64,000 nt of DNA from a virus. Position numbers and translations under genes: made by a program. Positions 18,646 to 27,782 of the stretch are shown here, one piece after another. A model generated the notes under the pieces. That model searched no databases and was not told the DNA's origin. It was given only the letters and a program-made list of their open reading frames with translations. The stretch lies in IMG/VR virus record IMGVR_UViG_3300045988_110999. One strand, given 5' to 3'. Position 1 is the first letter of the stretch; each line of letters starts with the position of its first letter.

Positions 18646-19287
18646 TTACGTTGTAGCGGTTGTTGTCGCTGTTGCGAACGGGCTTGCTACAATATACGCA
18701 GGAACCGGGGCTTTAGGTGTTAAGGAATTAATAATTTGAGAAGACATAACCTGACGGTCACGTTCCGCAAGTCTATCTCTCAAATCCTGAATTTGCATTG
18801 CTGTCTGTACGGCTCTGGTTGCCTGTCCGTCAGCCTGAATTGCAGATGTGATTGCACAAGTGTTCTTGTAGTTTTCAGCCTGTAGAGCGGCAATAGCTTT
18901 CTGTGTTTCGCAACAACATTGCTGTGCTTGGAAAGCGTTCTGAGCCAACTGCATCTGTAAATCCTTGGTGTTATTCTGAGTAATAAAACCATTACGTGCT
19001 AATTCCATCTGCATACTCTGGCTCTGTTGCCAACCATCTTTTTGGGAAGCAAACTGTTGGCTAATCAGCTGTCCGAAGTCGTTATCCAACTTGCCACTCA
19101 AGTTTGTGTAGAGGAAATCATTGGTGACTTGATTAAGTCCTGAATTGTTACCACCAAAGAATCCGTTTCCGCCCCACATCATCATTGCGAAAATTAGGAA
19201 CACCCAAATAAAACTACCGTTTCCCCAACCGTTGTTGCCAGCGTTGACATCGTAGGTTACGGGAATACCTGTTTCCATCATGCCCAT
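18646..19287 (-). CDS. Membrane-associated Q-rich hypothetical protein
   Basis: 213 aa. It has a TM-like FIWVFLIFAMMMWGG, a Q-rich coiled region, a CCC motif and a C-terminal ATATTTATT. Confidence 0.6.
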   Translation of the reverse strand: MGMMETGIPVTYDVNAGNNGWGNGSFIWVFLIFAMMMWGGNGFFGGNNSGLNQVTNDFLYTNLSGKLDNDFGQLISQQFASQKDGWQQSQSMQMELARNGFITQNNTKDLQMQLAQNAFQAQQCCCETQKAIAALQAENYKNTCAITSAIQADGQATRAVQTAMQIQDLRDRLAERDRQVMSSQIINSLTPKAPVPAYIVASPFATATTTATT

Positions 19288-19325
19288 AAATGACCTCCTT
19301 TGGAATATATAAACATAAACCCAAC

Positions 19326-19556
19326 TTAGGGCTTATAACCGAACATCCCAAGGATTTGATTGATGTCTATTCCTCTTTCTTTATACATATTTCTACAGAT
19401 TGTTTCCAACTGTTGGGGAGTATTACCTTGTACCATCTGCCCAAACATTTTAGCTTGAGGATTGTTCCCCATCATTCCCAACATTCCCTGTACTGGGTTC
19501 TGACTGTGAGTTAGTTGGTTGAATACCTGCATCATCTGTTGTATTCCTTGTACCAT
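19326..19556 (-). CDS. Small Q/M/G-rich hypothetical protein
   Basis: Strong SD (AAGGAGG, 7 nt, ATG). It overlaps the 3' end of the upstream ORF in another frame. Confidence 0.6.
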   Translation of the reverse strand: MVQGIQQMMQVFNQLTHSQNPVQGMLGMMGNNPQAKMFGQMVQGNTPQQLETICRNMYKERGIDINQILGMFGYKP

Positions 19557-19860
19557 CTAATCGACCTCCTTGTAAAAATTTTTCTATACGGCTAACCCTA
19601 GATTCGAGGTCATTATCTAAATTTTTAACTTCTTTTTTGTATACACCTATTTCACTTAACCCCGTAGCTGGATTAAACCGCTTTGAATAAATGATGTCTT
19701 CTCTGGGATTATAAAAATAAAAGGTTTCTACCAAAGATGTAACTGGCAACGCTTTAACTTCGTCTATACCAGACACAATCTTAACCGTGGACCGGGTATC
19801 CATAGTTGGTTCCCAAGGATTACCATACATCTGTGGCGGAGTCCAGTACATAAACATCAT
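19450..19860 (-). CDS. Hypothetical protein (the last 35 codons overlap the next gene)
   Basis: 136-aa ORF. The C-terminal tail is low-complexity where it overlaps 19326-19556. Confidence 0.55.
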   Translation of the reverse strand: MMFMYWTPPQMYGNPWEPTMDTRSTVKIVSGIDEVKALPVTSLVETFYFYNPREDIIYSKRFNPATGLSEIGVYKKEVKNLDNDLESRVSRIEKFLQGGRLDGTRNTTDDAGIQPTNSQSEPSTGNVGNDGEQSSS

Positions 19861-20016
19861 CCTTTCTATAAATAAAAACTCCCAAATAGGAGCTAGTGCT
19901 TAACATACGAAATATTTCTTCGATTCAAACATTCGAGATTTCCCTCTTTACTAGATTAGTAGTAATAAGTAGTTTTACACATGCAGGCGTGGCAAAATGA
20001 CAAACGAGTGGTAGTT

Positions 20017-20469
20017 TTATTCAATAATATACCAATCCTCAGAAAGTAAATCAGCCTGTGACGCAAGCCACCCAAGCTGCACACCAGATGTACCAACAAA
20101 AGCTATAGCTTTATTTCCCATGGATTCATGATTCACATTTACTATCTCTCCATTAGAATTAATGTAACTTACATTGTTAGCTAGTTCGATATATTGACCT
20201 TTGCCATTCCAGCATTTTCTTGCACATTTTTTACCCTGTTTAATAGCTTCAATAGCTTGGCCAATAGTCATTTCATCACTTTTAGCCGACTCATATGTTT
20301 TTTCGAAAATATCCGGTTTGCATGGATACTGTTCTCCATTTACACCAGTGATAATATAATCACCAATACTGGCTTTCATATCACCCTCAAGTGTGTGAAT
20401 AATTTTTTCTTCTTTCGTCTGATATGCTTCAATTACAACCGGTTTCTTTCTAAATTTCATAGTTATCAC
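20017..20469 (-). CDS. Two-domain protein: [10 protein letters not shown]...GDYIITG...[17 protein letters not shown]-domain fused to a DUF2829 (Tad2-like) C-domain
   Basis: The C-terminal [30 protein letters not shown]...[18 protein letters not shown] matches the DUF2829 signature (GxxxxRxxW...DLLAEDW). Confidence 0.7.
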   Translation of the reverse strand: MITMKFRKKPVVIEAYQTKEEKIIHTLEGDMKASIGDYIITGVNGEQYPCKPDIFEKTYESAKSDEMTIGQAIEAIKQGKKCARKCWNGKGQYIELANNVSYINSNGEIVNVNHESMGNKAIAFVGTSGVQLGWLASQADLLSEDWYIIE

Positions 20470-20490
20470 GCTCCTACCTTTTTTATTAAA

Positions 20491-21096
20491 TTATTGTTTT
20501 GCAATATCGACTTTTATCACATACTTCTTCCCGACGTTACTAGCCGAGAAAAAATCACGTAAATTGCCGCTATAGAGTGACTGTTCGCCAACAAATGCAT
20601 TCCTGTAGCTCTGATAATACATGCCACTAAAATATATACTTCCTTTTTTATCCGTGTCGGTGTCTATTAGCGTGACATTAGCATTATAAGTTCCACTTGT
20701 TTCGCCGTCGATTTGCATAGCAAAATCGACATACTGGTTATAAAACTCAAAAGTTAGGACGGTAACTGTTTTGCTGTTGTATGTAAATGTGCCGCTGATT
20801 GCTCCGAATTTTAAAGAACCGATATTGGAAAATCCGTACAGATCTGTGTACTTACCCATCGTTAAGTAGACAGGTGGTATAATATTTGGTTGCCTTATAA
20901 AATATTTTTTTACACCGTTTTGCTTTATCCACAAGTCTGATGCATTAGCATCAGAACTTTCTCCGAGCATCGCATATCGAGTCACACCATCGGAGCATAA
21001 AACTGGGAACCAATCATACCCATATTCTTTTGTATCTACAAGTTTAATGTATTGTAAACTACCATCCGCTTTCGTTACACTAATACATTTTGTCAT
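20491..21096 (-). CDS. Hypothetical tail-associated protein
   Basis: 201-aa beta-rich ORF immediately downstream of the fibre gene. Confidence 0.55.
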   Translation of the reverse strand: MTKCISVTKADGSLQYIKLVDTKEYGYDWFPVLCSDGVTRYAMLGESSDANASDLWIKQNGVKKYFIRQPNIIPPVYLTMGKYTDLYGFSNIGSLKFGAISGTFTYNSKTVTVLTFEFYNQYVDFAMQIDGETSGTYNANVTLIDTDTDKKGSIYFSGMYYQSYRNAFVGEQSLYSGNLRDFFSASNVGKKYVIKVDIAKQ

Positions 21097-21098
21097 TT

Positions 21099-22964
21099 TT
21101 AATCAACCCCAATCGTAACACTCCCGAACGAAATTGTATTCCCTGATACTGTAATAGCAGGGACATCTGTCTTTTTAGCATACTGTGATAAAGTTGCACT
21201 AACATCAGAGCTAGTCACGTAGTTGGATAATTCTGCTTTAATAACTTTATTCTGAACAGGATTTTCGGAGGTTGTGGACAATCTTGCGTCAACTTTAGGT
21301 ATCTTTCCTTCTATTTCAGTCTTGGCTGTACTAACAGCAGTATTGACTTGTGCTTTGGTGTAGTAATTGCTGAAGTCTACTGTTTTTTCGTCAATCGCCT
21401 TTCTGACGCCATCCGATGTAACCGGGTTGGTACTACCGGCAGTAGGAATCTTATCAAATGTAAGTTTGTCCTGTTTAGAGTTTATCTGGTTTTGGAATGA
21501 TTGATGGATAGTAGAAGCGTCTGCTTTCTTATAGTACGTATCCGCAATAACATTACCTTCGCCGTCTTGGTCTGCCTGTATAGCGTGCGAAGTATCTCCA
21601 ATCGTAGCTGTGGACTTTGTTCCATCTTTGTGAATAAAAGTAATTGTACCTCCAGAGTAGGTCGTATCAACTATTGCTTTTGCTACATCACTGTTCGTAG
21701 GGTAATTAGATAAATCAACGAAACCAGATAAGTTATCCCAAGTCTTGCCATTCCAGATAACATTGTCCCCAGCTTTAATCTGATGGGCAACGTCGGCGTT
21801 TACGATATTCCAAACATCACCAGTGTTCATTCCCGTTAAAGGAAGGTCACTATAGTTATCAACAGAACCGGAATATTTAGCAAACCCAGTGACTTTAGTT
21901 AATGCTGATTCTACTTCTTTCTGTATTTTCTTTGATTCTGTTAGAGCTTGTTTTGCATTTGTTTCACTAGTGGCTGCATGACCTTCTGATATGCCTGCGT
22001 TTGTTGCAGATGTGCTTGCAGACGTTGCCGATACAGAGGCGGAGTTCATACTTGCTTTTGCGTTTATTTCTGATTTAGCCGCATTTCTTTCGGAAGTTGC
22101 AGAAGCGGTTTTGCTTTCAAGGGCGGAGTCTTTATATTGCAATGCATTAGACTCTGAATTTGCGGCATTGGTTTCGGAGGTCTTAGCCTTCTCTGCCGAG
22201 GTAGAAGCATTACTTGCGGAGGTAGAGGCTTCTGCGGCAAGTTTGCTTACTTCCTTAAAGCTATTACTTGCAGAAGTAGCCTGCGCCGTTGCAATACTGG
22301 CACTAGAACTAGCTCTTTGTGCGCTGTCTTTAGAGTTCAATGCCCACGACCGAGAACTCTGTGCCTGTCCGGTTGGGCTACTTGCATCGGTAATATTATC
22401 AGGTGATGTTGTGGACGATGCCCACGCTTCCGCAAGACTAGCAGAAACAAGGGAAAACCGTTCACTGTCACTAGCGTTTGTTTCAGATGTCTTTGCATTA
22501 CTTGCACTCGTAGCAGAGGCGCTGGCACTAGCTTTGGCATTTGTTTCACTTACCTTGGCGGCTACTTTGGACTCATTTGCATTATTCGCATAAGTGGAGG
22601 CATTGGCTTCCGATGTTCTTGCATTTGTTTCAGAGGAAAGTGCTTTATCAGCATAATCCTTGGCATTGGCCTCTGAAATAGCCGCTTTCTTTGCTGATAC
22701 AGACGCATTAGCAACGTAAGTAAGTTTAGTAACCTTTGTATTACCGTCATCAAAAGTAGTTACAGCGTTACCATCATCGTCCAAGGTAAAATCAGTGATA
22801 GATACGCCACGCCCCCCTTTTAGGCCGGTATTCAGTACAACCAGTTCTTTCTCTTTTGGAAGAATAACTTCAACCGTTTCTATTTGTCTCACCTCACCTA
22901 TTCGATACAGACGGAGAAACATATAAGTACCCGCAAAGGATTCTTTTTTCGAGTCCATCTGCAT
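21099..22964 (-). CDS. Tail fibre protein with an Ala/Ser/Thr/Asn/Glu-rich repeat shaft; true start probably downstream of 22964
   Basis: 621 aa with many (K)TSETNA-like repeats followed by a globular C-terminus. The 5' end overlaps 22894-23283. An ATG at 22922, or a GTG just after the upstream stop, is the more likely start. Confidence 0.7.
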   Translation of the reverse strand: MQMDSKKESFAGTYMFLRLYRIGEVRQIETVEVILPKEKELVVLNTGLKGGRGVSITDFTLDDDGNAVTTFDDGNTKVTKLTYVANASVSAKKAAISEANAKDYADKALSSETNARTSEANASTYANNANESKVAAKVSETNAKASASASATSASNAKTSETNASDSERFSLVSASLAEAWASSTTSPDNITDASSPTGQAQSSRSWALNSKDSAQRASSSASIATAQATSASNSFKEVSKLAAEASTSASNASTSAEKAKTSETNAANSESNALQYKDSALESKTASATSERNAAKSEINAKASMNSASVSATSASTSATNAGISEGHAATSETNAKQALTESKKIQKEVESALTKVTGFAKYSGSVDNYSDLPLTGMNTGDVWNIVNADVAHQIKAGDNVIWNGKTWDNLSGFVDLSNYPTNSDVAKAIVDTTYSGGTITFIHKDGTKSTATIGDTSHAIQADQDGEGNVIADTYYKKADASTIHQSFQNQINSKQDKLTFDKIPTAGSTNPVTSDGVRKAIDEKTVDFSNYYTKAQVNTAVSTAKTEIEGKIPKVDARLSTTSENPVQNKVIKAELSNYVTSSDVSATLSQYAKKTDVPAITVSGNTISFGSVTIGVD

Positions 22965-23283
22965 CTACTTCAAATACGTCATACGTGTACTTTGATAATT
23001 CCCCGTAATAAGCACCATCTAATTCTAAACTATCACTGTCATCTGATTTGAAATGGATTTCCACGATGCCGTTTACATTATCCATAATACGACAATCTGC
23101 TGTCATAGCCGGCGAATCATCGCCAGCTTCTTCTCTCACTTCACACCGGAACTTATACCCCGTTATGTTAATTGGCTGTTTATTAGCGTCGGTCCCGGTA
23201 TATAATTTGAGCTGGAAAATAAAATCCTCACCCTGTGGAAGCACAAAATCATGGGTGGGGGTGGTTTGTTTTGCTTTCGCCAT
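22894..23283 (-). CDS. Hypothetical tail/baseplate-associated protein
   Basis: 129-aa beta-rich ORF with an SD in the fibre cluster. Confidence 0.55.
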   Translation of the reverse strand: MAKAKQTTPTHDFVLPQGEDFIFQLKLYTGTDANKQPINITGYKFRCEVREEAGDDSPAMTADCRIMDNVNGIVEIHFKSDDSDSLELDGAYYGELSKYTYDVFEVDADGLEKRILCGYLYVSPSVSNR

Positions 23284-23414
23284 TATTCCTCCTTAACATA
23301 TCCACGTTCTTTTAATATGGCGTCAATTCTATCCTTGTATTTGGGGAAGCGGGAAATAACTTCGTTATATGTTAATTTGCCAAGAATAATTTGAAATGCT
23401 AAATATCTAGCCAC
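23283..23414 (-). CDS. Small (43 aa) phage protein of the kind found next to tail-fibre genes
   Basis: A GTG at 23414 lies 1 nt after the upstream stop, preceded by GGAGG. The translation is MARYLAFQIILGKLTYNEVISRFPKYKDRIDAILKERGYVKEE. It falls below the ORF-track size cut-off. Confidence 0.5.
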   Translation of the reverse strand: MARYLAFQIILGKLTYNEVISRFPKYKDRIDAILKERGYVKEE

Positions 23415-23415
23415 A

Positions 23416-23631
23416 CTATTCACCTCCCATAAGGATAGAGTTAACGGCATCATTTAATGCCGAAATTTGTTCCTGAGGGCTTGGGGTAGCATCTTCATAT
23501 GGGTCTTTGTAGGTAATTAAATACCTGTCATCCGGGTGTTCGTCACGAGCCTGTTTAATTAAATTATCTGCGTTAGCCCCTTCGTAAGAAGTAATTTTTA
23601 CATTATCCGGATTGTAGACTACTAGAATCAT
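23416..23631 (-). CDS. Hypothetical protein
   Basis: 71-aa ORF with an SD, packed between the fibre genes. Confidence 0.55.
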   Translation of the reverse strand: MILVVYNPDNVKITSYEGANADNLIKQARDEHPDDRYLITYKDPYEDATPSPQEQISALNDAVNSILMGGE

Positions 23632-23640
23632 AAAAACCTC

Positions 23641-25857
23641 CTAACTAACTGTGTAATTTTGCGAAGCATTGTCGGTGACAAGGAACAAGGCTGTGCCATT
23701 TGCATCCAATACCTGCTCACTAGAGACGTTAACCGTAGCTGAGACTAAATCACAACTTATATAAATTCTCCCTCTCCCCTCCTTTGCCTCTCCAAGAGAG
23801 TCGTATGTAGATTCTACTTTAATAGCATCATTAGGGGAAAAATTAAAAATTTGTGTAAATTCCGCAGAAGTAGACAGCACCCCTACTATGAATCCAGACT
23901 CGTCAACGGATGAATTGATTAGTGAACCATTATCATATATCTTCGTTCTTATTCTTACACTTGTTGTTCCCATATACTTGGAGCTTCTTGAATTTATCCT
24001 GTATCTTACCGTCATCCTATTCCCATTTGCTGGCGCCGTGAATGATGTTGAACCTACCGGATTTTTTATTACATCTACATTGGCATACCGAACTTGAAAT
24101 TCCCCATTATAATAGGTTCTGTTATATGATAATAGCCCTTGCCCACCTTGGATACCACTATAACACCTTACATAAAACCCTTCTTCCGTTACTTGGTCTG
24201 CATATGAATGTAAGGTAATTACAGATTGAGAGAAACTCTGACTACTAATAACCATAGATAGTGGCGACACGATAACACTTGGAACGGTCGGCCATCTAGA
24301 CCCAAACTTCACATACTGTCCATTTTTAGCAGTACCCATGATTGAACGAGTTACTACGTTGTAGCTAACCCCAGTAGAGTCAATAAAGACCATTCCGTTA
24401 CCGTTGAATATGGTTTTGCCATCAGAACTATTAACGGAAAGTCCATTTTCGTCTAGTGTTACATTTCCCCCGACAATCTTTAAGGCACCAGCCATATCTA
24501 TTTCATTAGCGGCTAATTTCTCTGCGGTAACGGCTCCAGATGTCAGTTTATCAGCAGTAATAGCCCCTGCTCTAATAGTTTCAGCAGTAACAGCTCCAGA
24601 CGCTATCCGGTCGGTAGTAATAGCTCCAGCTTCGATTTTATCCGTGGTAACAGAGTTGGAAGCTAATTCATTAGCAGTAACACATCCTGCGGCCAAGTTT
24701 TCGGTAGTAATCGTCCCGTCTTTAATTTTGGTACCGACAACCTCATGGTCTCCGATATACTTACCTACGATAACTCCATCGTCGAATACCGTCTGTTCGG
24801 TAATATGAACAGCATCCGGAGGAATCTCTTCCAGAGTGCCGATGGTCTTTTCAGATGTCCATACGCCTTCACCAAAGCAGTCATAAAAACAGGCCTTGTA
24901 GGTATAGAAACCTGTTGAGCAGTAGTAATTAAACTTATCGTCCTTCGTGTAATGTTTCTTCCCATTAATAGAGATGCAGATGCCTTGGCAGTCCTCTGGA
25001 ATCTGGGAATAGGTAAACTGCAACCCTTGGTAGGTGGATGTAGCAGTGATGCTCTGCGGGGCTGAGGGAACTGGTTTAGACCAAGGTTTAGATAATGGAG
25101 TAGAATACTTGCTCCCATACCCTTTGTTATACAGATAGGCTGTACCTTCACGAGTAGGGGGCATAACCGTCGATTTTGTATCCTGCGTGACTTCCAGAAG
25201 CCCTACCTTACTCCCTACATTGGTATCGGTACGAAGTTCGGCGTAAGCAGCATCCAGATTCACCGGCTGTTTCCAAGTCCATAAGACACCATCTTTGTTG
25301 AAATAGACGTTGAACTCCAAGGGAGGGTCTGGGGAGTTGTTCATAGCACTGACTTCGTACTGCAAAACCGGACATCCGCTCTTGCGTGACACGCTCCCAA
25401 AGGTATTCTTGGCCTGAAAAGTTATCTGATAGATATAACCGGCATTGATACCATCTACGGTTACGGTATCAGTCTTGGTCGTTCGTATCGTCCGCGACAC
25501 CTCTACCTCGTCCCAGCTCTTGTGGTTAGCAATATTCCCTTTCGTCTCTTTAATATAGATTTCGGCAGAGTCATAATTTTTTACGTTTGAGTAGTCCCAC
25601 GTAAGGACAAAGGAAATATTAGTTCCTACCCGTACTTCCTGTATCTTGCAGTTTTGTAGCTGTTCGTCTATTTCTTCGGGAGCGTCCGTAACTGAGCTAG
25701 AAATTTTACTGATTTCCTCGAATTTGCTATCCAATTCTTCTTTCAAGTCGCCCAAAATGGTTTTTAGAAGGAAGATGAAATTCTGGCCGTTACCGTTAAG
25801 AGAGTTAGGGAGCTTTTTCCACGATTCCGCTAGTTTTTCAGATATCTTGTTTGCCAT
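23641..25857 (-). CDS. Tail fibre / receptor-binding protein
   Basis: 738 aa with the repeat run ITTENLAAGCVTANELASNSVTTDKIEAGAITTDRIASGAVTAETIRAGAITADKLTSGAVTAEKLAANEI, typical of phage fibre repeats, followed by a beta-rich C-terminal domain. Confidence 0.7.
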   Translation of the reverse strand: MANKISEKLAESWKKLPNSLNGNGQNFIFLLKTILGDLKEELDSKFEEISKISSSVTDAPEEIDEQLQNCKIQEVRVGTNISFVLTWDYSNVKNYDSAEIYIKETKGNIANHKSWDEVEVSRTIRTTKTDTVTVDGINAGYIYQITFQAKNTFGSVSRKSGCPVLQYEVSAMNNSPDPPLEFNVYFNKDGVLWTWKQPVNLDAAYAELRTDTNVGSKVGLLEVTQDTKSTVMPPTREGTAYLYNKGYGSKYSTPLSKPWSKPVPSAPQSITATSTYQGLQFTYSQIPEDCQGICISINGKKHYTKDDKFNYYCSTGFYTYKACFYDCFGEGVWTSEKTIGTLEEIPPDAVHITEQTVFDDGVIVGKYIGDHEVVGTKIKDGTITTENLAAGCVTANELASNSVTTDKIEAGAITTDRIASGAVTAETIRAGAITADKLTSGAVTAEKLAANEIDMAGALKIVGGNVTLDENGLSVNSSDGKTIFNGNGMVFIDSTGVSYNVVTRSIMGTAKNGQYVKFGSRWPTVPSVIVSPLSMVISSQSFSQSVITLHSYADQVTEEGFYVRCYSGIQGGQGLLSYNRTYYNGEFQVRYANVDVIKNPVGSTSFTAPANGNRMTVRYRINSRSSKYMGTTSVRIRTKIYDNGSLINSSVDESGFIVGVLSTSAEFTQIFNFSPNDAIKVESTYDSLGEAKEGRGRIYISCDLVSATVNVSSEQVLDANGTALFLVTDNASQNYTVS

Positions 25858-25866
25858 CTACCCCTC

Positions 25867-26328
25867 CTATTTGATAAGTTGTACAATAGCTTGAGCAAAG
25901 TCTGATTCTGTTTGCATATCGAAACCGTGATTACTCATTGCAAGCACAATCATAATCTGAGTAGCTAAGTCAAGCAACCCCCAATTTTCAAGAGGAATAT
26001 TACTGTTTTCATTCTCTAAAAGAGGTGGTTCTTTATAGTACCGAAGGGTCTGTGGTAAAGAGCCATAACATTTTAACTTCTTATCTTGAATGATGACCGG
26101 GGCCTGATTAGTTATTTTATACAGGTCATCAGGTATAGGAGTCTCTGCCGCCGTTAAGGTGATGTCTCCTAGCACTTCGTAATACTTGTGAGCAATGAGT
26201 ACGTGCCAGACAAAGTTCACGGCGTCGTTCAGATAGGCCACCAGCTCATCCATGTTATAGCCGGTCTCTAAGCTGTCACTGAGACGTTCTTGCACCGCCG
26301 CCTGACTGAGTAGTTCTTTGACTGTCAT
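25867..26328 (-). CDS. Head-tail adaptor/neck family paralog 3
   Basis: Start moved to the Met at 26328 (SD AAAGGGGG). It shares the N-terminal helix plus ...P(I/L)PDD(L/F)... pattern with the two upstream genes. Confidence 0.55.
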   Translation of the reverse strand: MTVKELLSQAAVQERLSDSLETGYNMDELVAYLNDAVNFVWHVLIAHKYYEVLGDITLTAAETPIPDDLYKITNQAPVIIQDKKLKCYGSLPQTLRYYKEPPLLENENSNIPLENWGLLDLATQIMIVLAMSNHGFDMQTESDFAQAIVQLIK

Positions 26329-26758
26329 CAGAATTGCCCCCTTTGATTTGCTGTACACACTTTCTCATTAAGTTCTGCTGTTGAAGTAATGTACGGAATG
26401 GAATCGTATCTTTCAATGTTGTGAAATGAGTTTTATTTGCATAGTATTTCAGCTTCGGGGAATCACCGTCCCAGTTAGGCCCCATAAGGGATACCTGTGT
26501 TTTATTATTCTCGTCGGTGGCATAGTCCAACGGATACTGCCCTTGCCAAGAAATGAAGTCATCTGGGAGCGTGAAAGGTTCTGTTTCGGAAACTGTGATT
26601 TCCTTCAAGATTTCCGGTGAGTTCTGCTCTGCCAGCTCTTCACAAAGTTCATCCATTGCGTTATTCAGGCAATAAAGCAATTCTGCGTCACTAAACGTAA
26701 TTTTCTGCATATCCCCTAAACGCTGACGGACGAGTACCAGCATATCATTTACGGTCAT
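26276..26758 (-). CDS. Head-tail adaptor/neck family paralog 2
   Basis: 160 aa, MTVNDMLVLVRQRLGD...FTLPDDFISW. Similar layout to its neighbours. Confidence 0.55.
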   Translation of the reverse strand: MTVNDMLVLVRQRLGDMQKITFSDAELLYCLNNAMDELCEELAEQNSPEILKEITVSETEPFTLPDDFISWQGQYPLDYATDENNKTQVSLMGPNWDGDSPKLKYYANKTHFTTLKDTIPFRTLLQQQNLMRKCVQQIKGGNSDDSQRTTQSGGGARTSQ

Positions 26759-26824
26759 GTACTTACCTCCTTTGGAAGTGTTTTAAAAACACTTTACAAA
26801 GCTAAAGCATTTATAATGCTTTCC

Positions 26825-27412
26825 TTATACATAGAATTGCATCGGACGTTCGATAACCGGGTAGTTATCTGCCGAGCTTAGTTTGTCCACTTCATCAGAA
26901 ATCAAACCGTCTAAAGCTGTCTTCCCAAAGGTTCCGTCGATAAGGCCTGTTGCATACCGAATGAATAACTGTAGGAAGATACTCGGAAGGTCAATCTCAT
27001 CTTCCATCGTAGACACTTCCGGGATGACATAGAAGTAATCCATAGTCCCCGATTCATCTATATAGATAACATCTTTTACAATGCGATATTCACCGTCATA
27101 GGCCTTAGTCTCCCCTTCCTTGGTTACATAGATGGCTTTCATCTTAGCGAAATCGTCAGGAAGGGTAGCCTTCCCATTCCGTTCCCGAAGCTTCGTTTCT
27201 TTTACAACCCAGTTAGAATCACGATTAATCAGAATCATATTTAGGACTCTCAGCACCGAGTTAATGGCTTCAATTAATTCTGGATCGCTATGTTTTCTGG
27301 CATACATTTCGTCGAGATTAAATAGGACAGCGATAGCTACTTGTTTAACCTCAATCATTCGCTTCTGCCCCCAGGGTTGCACGTCCGAAATTCGGGATGC
27401 TTCCAGAGCCAT
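26825..27412 (-). CDS. Head-tail adaptor/neck family paralog 1
   Basis: 195 aa containing ...ATLPDDFAKMKAIY.... It lies downstream of the capsid gene. Confidence 0.55.
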   Translation of the reverse strand: MALEASRISDVQPWGQKRMIEVKQVAIAVLFNLDEMYARKHSDPELIEAINSVLRVLNMILINRDSNWVVKETKLRERNGKATLPDDFAKMKAIYVTKEGETKAYDGEYRIVKDVIYIDESGTMDYFYVIPEVSTMEDEIDLPSIFLQLFIRYATGLIDGTFGKTALDGLISDEVDKLSSADNYPVIERPMQFYV

Positions 27413-27669
27413 TGGTCCAGAATCCGGTTTGCCTCGATATTATCTTTGCCACGGAGCTGTAAGTACCGGCGAAGCTCAATGTCGGTCGTGAAATAAATTC
27501 TAGGGATAGAGGCAATACGTTTAGCTTTCTTCCCTTCAATCCAGCCTTCTTTGCCACTCATACGGGATTCATAGCACTCACGGAGGCAATCTCCTTCATC
27601 CCACGTATGTTTGATTCTGAATTCGTGAGTGTCCTTATCTACTTCTACATCACTATGGATAATCGGCAT
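27355..27669 (-). CDS. Hypothetical protein
   Basis: 104-aa ORF with SD GAGGTGA. First gene after the capsid terminator. Confidence 0.55.
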   Translation of the reverse strand: MPIIHSDVEVDKDTHEFRIKHTWDEGDCLRECYESRMSGKEGWIEGKKAKRIASIPRIYFTTDIELRRYLQLRGKDNIEANRILDQWLWKHPEFRTCNPGGRSE

Positions 27670-27685
27670 ATACTCACCTCGTTAT

Positions 27686-27720
27686 AAAAAAAATAAGGGG
27701 CTATTCCGAAGAACAGCCCC
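27686..27720 (-). terminator. Intrinsic terminator after the major capsid gene
   Basis: GGGGCT/AGCCCC stem (27697-27720) followed on the minus strand by TTATTTTTTTT. Confidence 0.75.
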
Positions 27721-27782
27721 AAAGAAAAGCGCAGAAAGTACTTTAGCTCCGTAAAACGTATTAAAATATGTTCTAGAGAGAC

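Noticed and set aside
19450-19556. Programmed frameshift fusing 19450-19860 to 19326-19556
   Set aside because: An in-frame TAG directly precedes the downstream ATG, and that ATG has its own strong SD. These are simply overlapping genes.
21991-22593. 200-aa plus-strand ORF rich in Ala/Leu/Glu
   Set aside because: It is antisense to the Ala/Ser/Thr-repeat shaft of the tail-fibre gene. Low-complexity repeats keep several frames open.
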